Origin: Psychrobacter cryohalolentis K5
GTDB taxonomy: Bacteria; Pseudomonadota; Gammaproteobacteria; Pseudomonadales; Moraxellaceae
NCBI RefSeq assembly: GCF_000013905.1
Contig: NC_007969.1
Coordinates: forward strand, 1,020,001 to 1,052,000
Direction: 5' to 3'
DNA length: 32,000 bases
Both the position numbers and the translations under genes were made by a program. Numbering within the stretch: the stretch's first letter is position 1; each line of letters opens with the position of its first letter. Below, piece after piece: positions 18,226 through 27,841 of this stretch. The notes beneath the pieces were generated by a model that worked only from the letters and a program-made list of their open reading frames with translations, did no database searches and was not told where the DNA came from.

Positions 18226-18858
18226 TTGTTTAATCTTCCTGCTACTCATTCCAAATATACCCGCTATTATAGACCGCAGCATTCTTTGGCGCGCCGTATC
18301 ATTACTCAAATCGATACGTGTGAGCGCCGTCCCCAAGATATTACCAGAGCCATGGGCTATCCCCTTAAGCATACTATTCCTGCCTGTGATCGCCTGCGTC
18401 ACGTATTGTCTAGCGAAAAATTGGGCTTGGATGGCAGTTATATCGATGCTTATTTTACTCCTGAGCAATTCTTAGAAAAGCTGGTTTCAGTACTTGATAT
18501 GCAGGATGAGACGTTTGAAGAAGACATCGCTCAAATCAAGTATGATTTGGCGCACTATGCGTATCCTTTGCCTAAATATCGGTTAAGAGCAGATGTTGAT
18601 TTTGAGTTTACTGCCGGCGCAAATTGGATGTCCCGTGGTGGCGCGGCTCAATTGGCTCATGCTCACTTGCCTGAAAATATTGCTCGAATGACTGAGACAG
18701 AACGTGAGGTCATCGTACAAAAGTGTATTGATGAGCATTACAAAAACTACAATGGCAATTTGCCATATGGCGGCATGATTAAAGGCTACTGGCTAACGAT
18801 TGAGCAGCATGGTGAGGTTATTAGCAAAGTGGAATACGGACTGCCCGTTAAATCATGA
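18226..18858 (+). CDS. Hypothetical protein, no family recognised
   Basis: 210-aa ORF with a TTG start 6 nt after an AGGAG Shine-Dalgarno (18213-18217). The composition is protein-like and acidic, and a strong terminator follows at 18920. The first in-frame ATG is not until 18352. Confidence 0.55.
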   Translation: MFNLPATHSKYTRYYRPQHSLARRIITQIDTCERRPQDITRAMGYPLKHTIPACDRLRHVLSSEKLGLDGSYIDAYFTPEQFLEKLVSVLDMQDETFEEDIAQIKYDLAHYAYPLPKYRLRADVDFEFTAGANWMSRGGAAQLAHAHLPENIARMTETEREVIVQKCIDEHYKNYNGNLPYGGMIKGYWLTIEQHGEVISKVEYGLPVKS

Positions 18859-18919
18859 TAGTACTCATAACGACGTAAGAAAAAATCTTAAAAAGCCTAT
18901 TTAAAATCCATCTCAATAG

Positions 18920-18958
18920 AAAACCGCCAAGCACTTTTTAGCGTTTGGCGGTTTTTTT
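18920..18958. terminator. Bidirectional terminator between the convergent hypothetical gene and the autotransporter gene
   Basis: AAAACCGCCAA pairs with TTGGCGGTTTT, with an A-run on the left and T7 on the right. On the minus strand the element lies about 50 nt downstream of the esterase stop. Confidence 0.8.
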
Positions 18959-19005
18959 GAGCTTCAATATATAAACTATCAGCAACTAAGCTTGATTCAA
19001 ACCGT

Positions 19006-20892
19006 TTAGTAAGTGCTGCTAAGACCGACAAACAAACTCGTTGATTTGTCATCATCACCTTGCGAGTGCGTAACACCAGCATTGGCATTTAATTGACCAA
19101 AGCTTTTGGATACACCAAGCGTCATGCCAAAATTATCATCGTCGGTCTGTACCATTGGCGTATCAAAGCTGATATTTGCTATGGTGTTAAGACGCGCAGA
19201 AGCCGCTTCACGATTGTCACTCAACTGCTTTTGATAATGAACATCACCGAATACATTAAGTGAATCGGCTAGGTTATGGTTGGCTTTCACGCCAAGCTTG
19301 CCATACGTGGTAGTATATTTTTGCTCATCAAACTGCATGGCGATACCAGACATTTCTTGCTCTTTTAGCGCGTCCAATCTCACACGGCTAGCCGTTGCAC
19401 CGATATATGGCGTGATAGCAAGGCTGCTGAGCTGCATCGGATATCCTGCCTGCAAGTTAGCATAGTAACGTTTGCCATCAGCATTAGAGTTAAACTCTTG
19501 TTTATTGCCACCAAGTGTGACCGCACGTGTGACATCAACATCTAGATTACCAAAGCCAACCGCACCATTAAGCTGCACGCCGCCAAGCTTATCTAGCGTA
19601 TTGCTATGATAAACACCAAAGCCTACTTCTTCTAAGTCGATATTGCTTAAGCCAGTGCGAACCCCGGAATTCTCAAAATCCTTTTGAGTGATATTGCCAT
19701 ACAAGCCTGTTACCGCATGTGCTGAGTTAGGATGAGCAAAATCTACACCTAATAATACTTGGGTATTACTATCGCCTTCAAACCCTGCAATATCTTGATT
19801 TTCAAAATCACCGGTTGCCCATAACTTACGGGCAGGTTTTTGTTCACTACTTTGGATTTGATTGATGTGAGATTGTAAGCGCTCACTAGTTGCTAGCCCT
19901 GCTGTCGTCGCAATGTGCGGTAACACGCCAATAAGACTAGGAGCGGTAACGACGGCACTAGCATAGTCAGCAATCATCTGGTGCGCGCGTCCTGATGGGT
20001 GGATGCCATCAGCAAAGAAATAGCTTTCATTGGCATCTGGCACGACTAAATTACTTGATCCACATAAAAGCGAGCTTGAAGTGTTGCACGCTTTTTGAGT
20101 CATATTAGTAAAGCCGTAAGCTTTAGGATTGGCAGCGACTTGTTGTAATAAGCTAAAAGTATCGAGCGGTATGATATTTGCGCCAGTAGCTACTGCGCCA
20201 CTATACATAGTTTGGTTATATAAATTTGCTAACATCGTACCAGACGATTGAAACCCTGCTCCTGCAGCGATAGCAGTAGGTGTTAGACCTATATCAGGGA
20301 TATTAGGTACTAAAATATAGTTGGCACCATTATCTTTTAGCGCTTTAATAGCGGCGACTTGGCTGCCAGCTGCTGATGAAATCGTATTTATCGCATTAGC
20401 AGGATTTGCAGCTGCCGCAAGTAAATCGTTTGCGCCTCCCCACACCACATACATACCATTAGAATCAACTTTTTTATTAGCCAGATAACCATTAACTTGA
20501 GTGTTCACAGACGCAACAGGAACGTTAACGCCAAAGTCCGTATTAACGATATCCTTGCCTGCTCTTGCACCACCAATAGCATAGTTATTACCAGCTTGAT
20601 TTCCAAGATAAACGATGGGAACAGCTGTTGTACCTAGCTGCTCAGCGAATGACGTTGCCCATACGTTATCAGGATTGGTTGTAAATTGACCTGACTCTTT
20701 AATACCGAGCTTGCCTTGGGTAATGGGACTAAAATAACCGCCATCAGTCAAGCTATCGCCGAAAAATGTCACGCTGCTATAAAGCTCAGCATGCGCTAGA
20801 CCTGCCATTGATAGCGAGATGGCAAGCATACTTTTGGTCAATGTTTTAAGGGTGGTAGGGTTAACAATAGCGTGAGAGATATTACGAGGCAT
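19006..20892 (-). CDS. Autotransporter esterase/lipase with an SGNH/GDSL passenger domain (EstA/McaP type)
   Basis: Signal peptide ...SLSMAGLAHA, GDSL block FFGDSLTDGG, and a later DGIHPS block. The C-terminal ~270 aa have alternating beta-strand character ending ...SLFVGLSSTY, consistent with a 12-strand translocator barrel. An AAGGAAG Shine-Dalgarno is present. Confidence 0.85.
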   Translation of the reverse strand: MPRNISHAIVNPTTLKTLTKSMLAISLSMAGLAHAELYSSVTFFGDSLTDGGYFSPITQGKLGIKESGQFTTNPDNVWATSFAEQLGTTAVPIVYLGNQAGNNYAIGGARAGKDIVNTDFGVNVPVASVNTQVNGYLANKKVDSNGMYVVWGGANDLLAAAANPANAINTISSAAGSQVAAIKALKDNGANYILVPNIPDIGLTPTAIAAGAGFQSSGTMLANLYNQTMYSGAVATGANIIPLDTFSLLQQVAANPKAYGFTNMTQKACNTSSSLLCGSSNLVVPDANESYFFADGIHPSGRAHQMIADYASAVVTAPSLIGVLPHIATTAGLATSERLQSHINQIQSSEQKPARKLWATGDFENQDIAGFEGDSNTQVLLGVDFAHPNSAHAVTGLYGNITQKDFENSGVRTGLSNIDLEEVGFGVYHSNTLDKLGGVQLNGAVGFGNLDVDVTRAVTLGGNKQEFNSNADGKRYYANLQAGYPMQLSSLAITPYIGATASRVRLDALKEQEMSGIAMQFDEQKYTTTYGKLGVKANHNLADSLNVFGDVHYQKQLSDNREAASARLNTIANISFDTPMVQTDDDNFGMTLGVSKSFGQLNANAGVTHSQGDDDKSTSLFVGLSSTY

Positions 20893-21076
20893 ATCGACTT
20901 CCTTGTCGTGAATGTAGCGGTTTATTAAGGAAGTGTAACTGCTTTAGAAAATCCTAGCAATCGAATTTATCGTAAATCCCAATATAAGTTGAATAAGCTA
21001 ACAAGTATAAAACTTTTAACCATGGTGCTGTAAATATCGTTCTAAACTAATGCTCTATCTTCTAAATTATCCAGAC

Positions 21077-21112
21077 CATCATAACAATGCAATTACTTGC
21101 ATTGTTATGATG
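21077..21112. promoter_or_regulatory. Perfect 16-bp inverted repeat in the divergent esterase/GST intergenic region
   Basis: CATCATAACAATGCAA-TTAC-TTGCATTGTTATGATG, with no flanking T-tract. Confidence 0.4.
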
Positions 21113-21221
21113 TGCAAATTCAAGTATCGTCCCTAGCATTTTTAAAATGATGACACGCCCTAGTAATAATCAACCTCCGCGTCTAAACTTATTAATCTCA
21201 ATTCAACTACGAACCCTACCT

Positions 21222-21866
21222 ATGACTTCCTCTTATCATTGCCTGTATTCTTTTCGTCGCTGCCCTTATGCCATGCGCGCCCGTTTCGGCATACTGTTTG
21301 CCGAGCTACAGGTAGAGCTGCGCGAAATAACACTGAAAAATAAGCCGTCTCAGATGCTAGCCATTAGCCCAAAAGGTACGGTACCTGTTTTACAACTTGT
21401 AGATAGGACGGTGATTGAAGAGAGTAGAGAGATAATGATATGGGCGCTTGAGCAGCAAGATCCGCAAGGGCTTTTGGAGGCAGAGGTTTTGCAGCAGGCA
21501 AATGCTTTGATTGATAAAAACGACAACGAATTTAAATATTGGCTCGATCGCTATAAATATGCCGATCGTCATATAGACATGACCCAGACAGAGTATCGAC
21601 AGAAGGGTGAAATATTTTTACAAGTGTTAGAGGAGTTGCTGACTAAAAATCCTTATTTGCTAGGGAAAACTGTAACGATTGCCGATATTGGTATTATGCC
21701 TTTTGTCCGTCAATTCGCTCATGTCGATCGTAATGTTTTTTATAGCCTGCCTTATCCAAATCTACAGCAATGGTTACAAGATTGGCTGCAGCATCCGTTT
21801 TTTTTGCAAACGATGACCAAATTCCAGCCGTGGCAAGATGGGGATGAAGCAGTAATTTTTTGCTGA
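21222..21866 (+). CDS. Glutathione S-transferase-like protein (thioredoxin-fold N-terminal domain)
   Basis: LYSFRRCPYAMRARFGI...SPKGTVPVL...ESREIM is a GST_N/glutaredoxin-2-like pattern. The start is placed at ATG 21222 (MTSSYH...). The ORF stays open back to 21147, and no good Shine-Dalgarno precedes either start. Confidence 0.65.
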   Translation: MTSSYHCLYSFRRCPYAMRARFGILFAELQVELREITLKNKPSQMLAISPKGTVPVLQLVDRTVIEESREIMIWALEQQDPQGLLEAEVLQQANALIDKNDNEFKYWLDRYKYADRHIDMTQTEYRQKGEIFLQVLEELLTKNPYLLGKTVTIADIGIMPFVRQFAHVDRNVFYSLPYPNLQQWLQDWLQHPFFLQTMTKFQPWQDGDEAVIFC

Positions 21867-22386
21867 GACGCTCTCCAAAATATTTAACAAGTGTTAATAC
21901 TTTGGAATTTTCGTCTCATGTTTGCTAGGGTTACTATCTTCTAGCTATCTATCTTATTGAATTACTACAAGATTCACAGTACAGATTAAATAAAAATAAG
22001 ATTAAGCTGCCATAATTTTTACCAATGTGTAAAGAAATAATTTGACAATTATGTACGGTTGGCTTATAAGAGATAAACAGTATGGCTGTTTGCCCATAAG
22101 TGCTTTTTTAGAGCGCCTATTTGCATCAATCAAGCTCATACACATATCAAGGGAAGCATCTTCTACCCTGATGGTACATCGCAATTTATCTGCACTACTC
22201 GTTTTATGGTTTTTAGGCAATCATTGCCCAACTGATGACATTCGCTGACAGCTACTAGGCTGCCACTGTCACTCTAACCTCACCCGCGCACGTGAATGTA
22301 TTTTCTCATTTTGCTATTGTCAGCCAATTTGCTGACGATTCAGCGATGTATGTCGCGCTGGGCCTATAAAAAAGGTTTCCAATCGC

Positions 22387-23295
22387 ATGACGATTTTATT
22401 TTCTATGCCTGTGCATCCGCAGCCAATCATAGATTCTGGGCATCGTTTTGATGCCAGCCGCCATTGGCCAGCCTCATTAACTTTAGGGTTTGCAGCTTAT
22501 CCTGAAGCGGACACTCGCATTACCCGCATGAATGTCGCACGTCACTATGGTCCACTACGGGTACAGCGCGCTTTTTACCCTGAAGGTCGTGATGGCTGCT
22601 GTCATGTGTATCTTCTGCATCCACCCGGCGGTATTGCCAGCGGTGATTCTTTAACCATCGATGTTACGGTGTCTGAAAACGCTCACGCTTTATTAACCAC
22701 CCCAGCTGCCAACAAACTGTATCGAGCCGATAGCAATAATGTCGCTTGGACACAGCATACTCATCTCAAAGTCGAAGACGGTGCCACGCTTGAATGGCTG
22801 CCACAAGAAACGCTGGCTTTTGATGGATCACGCGGTGAGCAAACGGTGATTATTGATTTGGCTGAAACGGCTAAATGCTTGGGCTGGGAAATTATTGGCC
22901 TTGGCCGCCCAGCCAGCGACTTACCTTATGTCAGCGGCATGATTGAACAGCGCTTTCAGCTTAGCCAAAAAGGTCGGCCCCTATGGTTAGAGCGCCAAGC
23001 CATTGACCCAACACATCCTCGATTTTTAGGTAAATGGGGACAAGGCGGCGCTACGGTTCACGCTACTCTGTGGGCTGTCGGACTGAGTGACCCTGCTGAC
23101 ACCATTACCGAACTACGCGACAAAATACCTGCCAACCACAATTGGGCGGTGACTTATCGCCGCGGTGTGCTTTTACTTCGCTATTTGGGCATGGAGCGCA
23201 ATGAGGCATGGGATTTATTACAACAAGCGAGGGAAATTCTGCGCCCAAGACTGATGGATGTTAAGGCAGTGACGCCGCGCATTTGGTTAACCTAA
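22387..23295 (+). CDS. ureD: Urease accessory protein UreD
   Basis: 302 aa at the first position of the ure cluster, with a HYGPLRVQRAFYPEG block typical of UreD/UreH. Confidence 0.85.
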   Translation: MTILFSMPVHPQPIIDSGHRFDASRHWPASLTLGFAAYPEADTRITRMNVARHYGPLRVQRAFYPEGRDGCCHVYLLHPPGGIASGDSLTIDVTVSENAHALLTTPAANKLYRADSNNVAWTQHTHLKVEDGATLEWLPQETLAFDGSRGEQTVIIDLAETAKCLGWEIIGLGRPASDLPYVSGMIEQRFQLSQKGRPLWLERQAIDPTHPRFLGKWGQGGATVHATLWAVGLSDPADTITELRDKIPANHNWAVTYRRGVLLLRYLGMERNEAWDLLQQAREILRPRLMDVKAVTPRIWLT

Positions 23296-23382
23296 TAATT
23301 CTTTTGCGTATTTTTTTTCGATTACACATAAAAGCAAGCCACAAATCAATCGGTTTTCAGCTCAATAATAATGGAGACAATA

Positions 23383-23685
23383 ATGGAATTAACCCCCAGA
23401 GACAAAGACAAATTAATGCTTTTTACTGCTGGGCTTTTGGCCGAGCGCCGTAAGGCAAAAGGGCTGAAGCTTAATTATCCAGAAGCGATTGCTCTGATAA
23501 GTTGTGAGATTATGGAAGGCGCACGAGAAGGGCGCACGGTGGCAGAAATGATGGGCGCCGGTCGCGAAATTTTAACTCGTGATGATGTGATGGAAGGTGT
23601 ACCTGAGATGATTGAAAGTATTCAGGTCGAAGCCACTTTCCCTGATGGCACCAAACTGGTGACTGTTCATAGTCCTATTATCTAA
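23383..23685 (+). CDS. ureA: Urease subunit gamma
   Basis: 100 aa beginning [40 protein letters not shown], the canonical UreA sequence. GGAG lies 6 nt before ATG 23383. Confidence 0.95.
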
Positions 23686-23713
23686 TAAGAGCATAAAGCT
23701 TAAGGAGAGCATG

Positions 23714-24049
23714 ATGATTCCGGGTGAATATCAATTAAAGAAAGGTGATATTGAACTGTGCGTAGGTCGCGACAGCTTTGTGATTGAAGTGGCCAATACC
23801 GGCGATCGCCCTATACAAGTGGGCTCTCACTATCACTTTGCTGAAACCAACAGCGCACTGAGCTTTGATCGTAAAAAAGCCTATGGTCATCGCCTAGCTA
23901 TACCTGCTGGCACCGCTACGCGCTTTGAGCCGGGCCAAAAACGTGAGGTGTCGTTGCTGCCTTATGCCGGATTGCGCCGCATCTTTGGCTTTAGAGGTGA
24001 GGTGATGGGTGCGCTAGATGACAATTCAGATTCAGGAGAAACACGATGA
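23714..24049 (+). CDS. ureB: Urease subunit beta
   Basis: MIPGEY... start and the [17 protein letters not shown] motif. The stop overlaps the ureC start (ATGA). Confidence 0.95.
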   Translation: MIPGEYQLKKGDIELCVGRDSFVIEVANTGDRPIQVGSHYHFAETNSALSFDRKKAYGHRLAIPAGTATRFEPGQKREVSLLPYAGLRRIFGFRGEVMGALDDNSDSGETR

Positions 24050-25749
24050 AAATATCTCGCGACGCCTATGCCAATATGTATGGTCCGACCGTTGGCGATC
24101 GCATCCGTTTGGGTGATACCGAGCTTTGGATCGAGATTGAAAAGGACCATACCCATTATGGTGAAGAGGTAGTATTCGGTGGCGGTAAAGTGATTCGTGA
24201 TGGTATGGGACAAAGCCAATTGTGCTCAGACTCAGTGATGGATACTGTGATTACCAACGTGATTATTATTGATTGGTGGGGCATCGTAAAAGCCGATGTT
24301 GGCTTAAAAGACGGGCGCATTGTCGCTATTGGTAAAGCCGGCAACCCTGATACGCAGCCGGATGTTGATATTATCATTGGCGCAGGTACTGAGATTATCG
24401 CTGGTGAAAACCAAATATTGACCGCAGGCGCGGTAGATACTCACGTTCACTATATCTGCCCGCAGCAAGTAGATGAGGCGTTAATGAGCGGTTTAACCAC
24501 GATGATTGGTGGCGGTACTGGACCTGCAACTGGCTCAGTCGCTACCACCAACACGCCTGGACCGTGGCACATTGGCAAAATGATGCAAGCCGTGGATGAC
24601 CTGCCTATTAACATCGGATTTTTGGGTAAAGGCAGTGCCAGTACGCCTGCAGCACTTGAAGAGCAAGTCAAAGCTGGCGTTATGAGTTTAAAAGTTCATG
24701 AAGATTGGGCGGCAACGCCAGCAACGATTGGTAATGCGCTTGATGTTGCTGACCGTTACGATATTCAGGTAGCGCTACATGCTGATAGTTTAAATGAGTC
24801 AGGCTTTGTTAAAGATACGCTAGAGGCCTTTAAAGATCGCTGTATCCATTCGTATCATACTGAAGGTGCGGGTGGTGGTCATGCGCCAGATATTATTGTC
24901 GCTTGTGGTCAGCCAAATGTTTTACCGTCATCGACCAATCCAACACGCCCGTACACCATCAACACTGTTGACGAGCATCTAGACATGCTGATGGAGTGTC
25001 ATCACTTAGACCCAAATATTCCTGAAGATGTGGCCTTTGCTGATTCGCGTATCCGCCGTGAGACCATTGCTGCAGAAGATATTTTGCATGATCTTGGTGC
25101 CATTTCAATGATTTCATCGGACTCTCAAGCCATGGGCCGTATTGGTGAAGTGGTCTGCCGTACGTGGCAAACCGCGCACAAAATGCGCCTGCAACGTGGT
25201 CTGCTACCAGAAGATCAAGAGCGCGGTACTGATAACTTCCGAGTGAAACGTTATATTGCCAAATATACTATCAACCCTGCCATCACCCATGGTGTATCAC
25301 ATGAAGTGGGCTCGGTAGAGATTGGCAAAATGGCAGACTTGGTACTATGGCGTCCTAAGTTTTTTGGTGTTAAGCCCTCCATTATCTTAAAAGGCGGCAT
25401 GATTGCTGGTGCCGCAATGGGTGATCCTAACGCCGCAATTTCGACCCCGCAGCCAGTGCATTACCGCCGTATGTTTGGCGCGCTAGGACGTGCAGTTTCT
25501 GCTACTCGCGTTACCTTTGTTAGCCAAGCTGCGATGGACACGGGACTTGAAGAAAAACTGGGGCTAAGAAGCCGATTGGTCGCTTGTAAAAACGTTCGTA
25601 GCATGCGCAAAAAAGACATGAAGCTGAACGATTACTGCCCGAACATTACGGTAGATCCAGAAACTTATGAAGTTCGTGTAGACGGTGTGCTTTTAACGTG
25701 TGAGCCGCTCTCTGAATTACCATTGGCGCAGCTTTATCATCTGTTCTAG
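24046..25749 (+). CDS. ureC: Urease subunit alpha
   Basis: 567 aa with the nickel-centre motifs [23 protein letters not shown] (carbamylated Lys), [21 protein letters not shown] and MGRIGEV. Confidence 0.97.
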   Translation: MKISRDAYANMYGPTVGDRIRLGDTELWIEIEKDHTHYGEEVVFGGGKVIRDGMGQSQLCSDSVMDTVITNVIIIDWWGIVKADVGLKDGRIVAIGKAGNPDTQPDVDIIIGAGTEIIAGENQILTAGAVDTHVHYICPQQVDEALMSGLTTMIGGGTGPATGSVATTNTPGPWHIGKMMQAVDDLPINIGFLGKGSASTPAALEEQVKAGVMSLKVHEDWAATPATIGNALDVADRYDIQVALHADSLNESGFVKDTLEAFKDRCIHSYHTEGAGGGHAPDIIVACGQPNVLPSSTNPTRPYTINTVDEHLDMLMECHHLDPNIPEDVAFADSRIRRETIAAEDILHDLGAISMISSDSQAMGRIGEVVCRTWQTAHKMRLQRGLLPEDQERGTDNFRVKRYIAKYTINPAITHGVSHEVGSVEIGKMADLVLWRPKFFGVKPSIILKGGMIAGAAMGDPNAAISTPQPVHYRRMFGALGRAVSATRVTFVSQAAMDTGLEEKLGLRSRLVACKNVRSMRKKDMKLNDYCPNITVDPETYEVRVDGVLLTCEPLSELPLAQLYHLF

Positions 25750-25784
25750 ACCAATTGTTTTAAATCGTTTGTAAGGATAATAAT

Positions 25785-26333
25785 ATGCTTGAATTAATAA
25801 AAAGAATGGACGGCAATACTTCGGTCGACATTTATGACACCTTGACCTTGCCTTATGAGCTACGTATTCGTGGCCGTCTAAAGGCAGTTAGTGATAACGA
25901 ACGTGATGTGGGTCTGTTTCTTGACCGAGGTCCTGTACTTCGTCATGGTGATTTGCTACAAGCCAATAGTGGTGAGGTGATTCAAGTGCTTGCAGCTGAT
26001 GAGCCAGTGGCTACTGCTTATATCGAAAGCGGCTTACCACTCGCTAGACTGTGCTACCACTTAGGTAATCGACATGTATCGCTTGCCCTTGGTAGCGATG
26101 AAGATGGGCGTCATTGGGTGCGTTTTCCTCCAGATCATGTGCTTGAGGAGCTAGCAGTACTATTGGGAGCAGATTTGAGGCATCACGACGCACCATTTGA
26201 TCCTGAATCTGGTGCTTATGCGCAGGCTGGTCGCGAGCACTCGCACTCAAATAGTCATGCGCATTCTCACTCTAATTCTCATGACCACGACCACGATCAT
26301 TCTGAACACGACGGTCATAACCATGCGCATTGA
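25785..26333 (+). CDS. ureE: Urease accessory metallochaperone UreE with a His-rich tail
   Basis: Position in the cluster and the LCYHLGNRHV motif. 13 of the last 32 residues are His. Confidence 0.9.
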   Translation: MLELIKRMDGNTSVDIYDTLTLPYELRIRGRLKAVSDNERDVGLFLDRGPVLRHGDLLQANSGEVIQVLAADEPVATAYIESGLPLARLCYHLGNRHVSLALGSDEDGRHWVRFPPDHVLEELAVLLGADLRHHDAPFDPESGAYAQAGREHSHSNSHAHSHSNSHDHDHDHSEHDGHNHAH

Positions 26334-27030
26334 TGATCCGTCAAATGCTGTGAGCGATCTAGCATTGTTAGGTTTGATGCAATTAATTAGCCCAGCATTA
26401 CCTATTGGTGCTTTTGCTTGGTCACAAGGTTTGGAAAGTGCGTTTGAGCTTGGTTGGGTCAATAATGAAGCTCAACTGGGCGAATGGTTGGAAGGCGTTT
26501 TAGGTGACGGTTTGACGCGTTGTGAACTGCCTGTCTTAGCACGTTTACAGAGATGTTGGGCTAATAACGACGGTGATGGTTTGGCTTTTTGGAATGACTG
26601 GCTACACGCCAATCGGGAAACGGCTGAGCTTAGCGATGAAGATACACGTTTGGGTCAAGCATTGATACGCTTACTAAACAGTTTAGAGTTGCAGCCACAG
26701 AAAGCGTTAGGTCATGTCGAGCTACCAGAGGAACCAGGCTATGTCACTGTGTTTGCATGGACGGCCCATCAAAGGCAAGTACCTGTACGTCAAGCTCTAT
26801 TAGGATTTGCTTGGGGCTGGCTGGAAAATCAGCTGGCGGCTGCCTGTAAAGCCCTGCCACTCGGTCATACCGCTGCACAACGTTTGAACGAGACGTTACG
26901 TCCGCAACTGGTAGCGGCAGTTGATAAAGCTTTAACCTTAACTGATGAGCAGTTGGGTCCGATTTTACCCGGCTTAGCACTGGGTAGTGCTCAACATGAA
27001 ACTCAATATTCACGATTATTTCGAAGCTAA
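26323..27030 (+). CDS. ureF: Urease accessory protein UreF
   Basis: LMQLISPALPIGAFAWSQGLE is a UreF signature. The start is placed at ATG 26323, overlapping the ureE stop by 11 nt. The ORF-track start at 26197 would read through the ureE His tail in another frame. Confidence 0.85.
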   Translation: MRIDDPSNAVSDLALLGLMQLISPALPIGAFAWSQGLESAFELGWVNNEAQLGEWLEGVLGDGLTRCELPVLARLQRCWANNDGDGLAFWNDWLHANRETAELSDEDTRLGQALIRLLNSLELQPQKALGHVELPEEPGYVTVFAWTAHQRQVPVRQALLGFAWGWLENQLAAACKALPLGHTAAQRLNETLRPQLVAAVDKALTLTDEQLGPILPGLALGSAQHETQYSRLFRS

Positions 27031-27064
27031 ATTAATACTTCGTTTTTAGATAAGGAAAATATAC

Positions 27065-27703
27065 ATGAAACATTGTTTAAGAGTAGGTGTTGGTGGTCCG
27101 GTTGGTTCTGGAAAAACAGCTCTATTACGTCAGTTATGTAGTGCGCTAAAAGATCACTATGATATCGCTGTGGTTACTAACGACATCTATACGCGTGAAG
27201 ATGCTGATTTTTTGTTAAAGCACGACGCCTTGCCTGCTGACCGTATTCTTGGCGTAGAAACTGGCGGCTGTCCACATACTGCTATCCGCGAAGATGCCTC
27301 GATGAATCTGGCCGCAATTGATGATTTGCAAACGCGCCATCCTAACCTAGAGCTGGTGTTAGTAGAGTCTGGCGGCGATAACCTTGCGGCTACCTTTAGC
27401 CCAGAGCTTTCTGATTTGACCTTATATGTCATCGACGTCGCTGCTGGTGACAAAATCCCTCGTAAAGGTGGACCAGGTATCACTAAGTCTGATTTGTTAA
27501 TTATTAATAAAATTGACATCGCTGAATATGTCCATGCTTCGCTAGATGTGATGGAGCGTGATTCAAAGAAAATGCGCGGAGAACGTCCTTTTATCTTCAC
27601 CAACTTATATGACGGCGTGGGCGTAGAAGAAATTATTCGCTTTATCTTAAAGCAAGGTATGTTACCTGAGCGTCGTCCTGGAAAGCTAAGCGCCAATGCT
27701 TAA
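27065..27703 (+). CDS. ureG: Urease accessory GTPase UreG
   Basis: P-loop [12 protein letters not shown], the [13 protein letters not shown] nickel/CPH motif, ESGGDNL and the NKID specificity motif. An AAGGA Shine-Dalgarno is present. Confidence 0.95.
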   Translation: MKHCLRVGVGGPVGSGKTALLRQLCSALKDHYDIAVVTNDIYTREDADFLLKHDALPADRILGVETGGCPHTAIREDASMNLAAIDDLQTRHPNLELVLVESGGDNLAATFSPELSDLTLYVIDVAAGDKIPRKGGPGITKSDLLIINKIDIAEYVHASLDVMERDSKKMRGERPFIFTNLYDGVGVEEIIRFILKQGMLPERRPGKLSANA

Positions 27704-27769
27704 TGCTTAATTGCTCGCATTTAATAATTATAGTCAGTCCTAAATAAAAAAATGCAAATATTATCAATC

Positions 27770-27841
27770 ACTACTGGGGTTAATTTTTCTTGCTTGCTGT
27801 GGCTACGCAGACAGAGGCTGCGAATAATCAACCCCAGTAGT
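27770..27841 (+). repeat. Intergenic hairpin repeat element, copy B
   Basis: A 12-bp perfect outer stem pairs ACTACTGGGGTT with AACCCCAGTAGT. The core TTTTCTTGCTTGCTGTG (27785-27801) and CAGAGGCTGC (27812-27821) are identical to copy A. It lies in the 247-nt ureG-ureJ spacer. Confidence 0.6.

Noticed and set aside
22216-22228. A possible sigma-54 promoter (GG...GC) upstream of the urease operon.
   Set aside because: In GGCAATCATTGCC the GG-to-GC spacing is 2 nt shorter than in the TGGCAC-N5-TTGC consensus. I keep it only as a palindrome.
22002-22248. Two mutually overlapping ORFs (72 aa on the minus strand, 68 aa on the plus strand) in the GST-ureD gap.
   Set aside because: They have no Shine-Dalgarno, an odd composition and no recognisable motif, and they exclude each other. 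I treat the region as non-coding pending expression data.
26197-26322. The upstream extension of the ureF ORF (MILNLVLMRR...TTTTIILNTTVIT) overlapping the ureE tail in another frame.
   Set aside because: This is an artefact of the repetitive His-codon DNA read out of frame. The conserved UreF sequence begins only after ATG 26323.
27187-27696. A 169-aa ORF antisense to almost the whole of ureG.
   Set aside because: ureG on the + strand has unmistakable conserved motifs. The antisense product is Ser/Pro/Arg-rich low-complexity sequence with no Shine-Dalgarno. This is a typical shadow ORF opposite a strongly biased coding frame.
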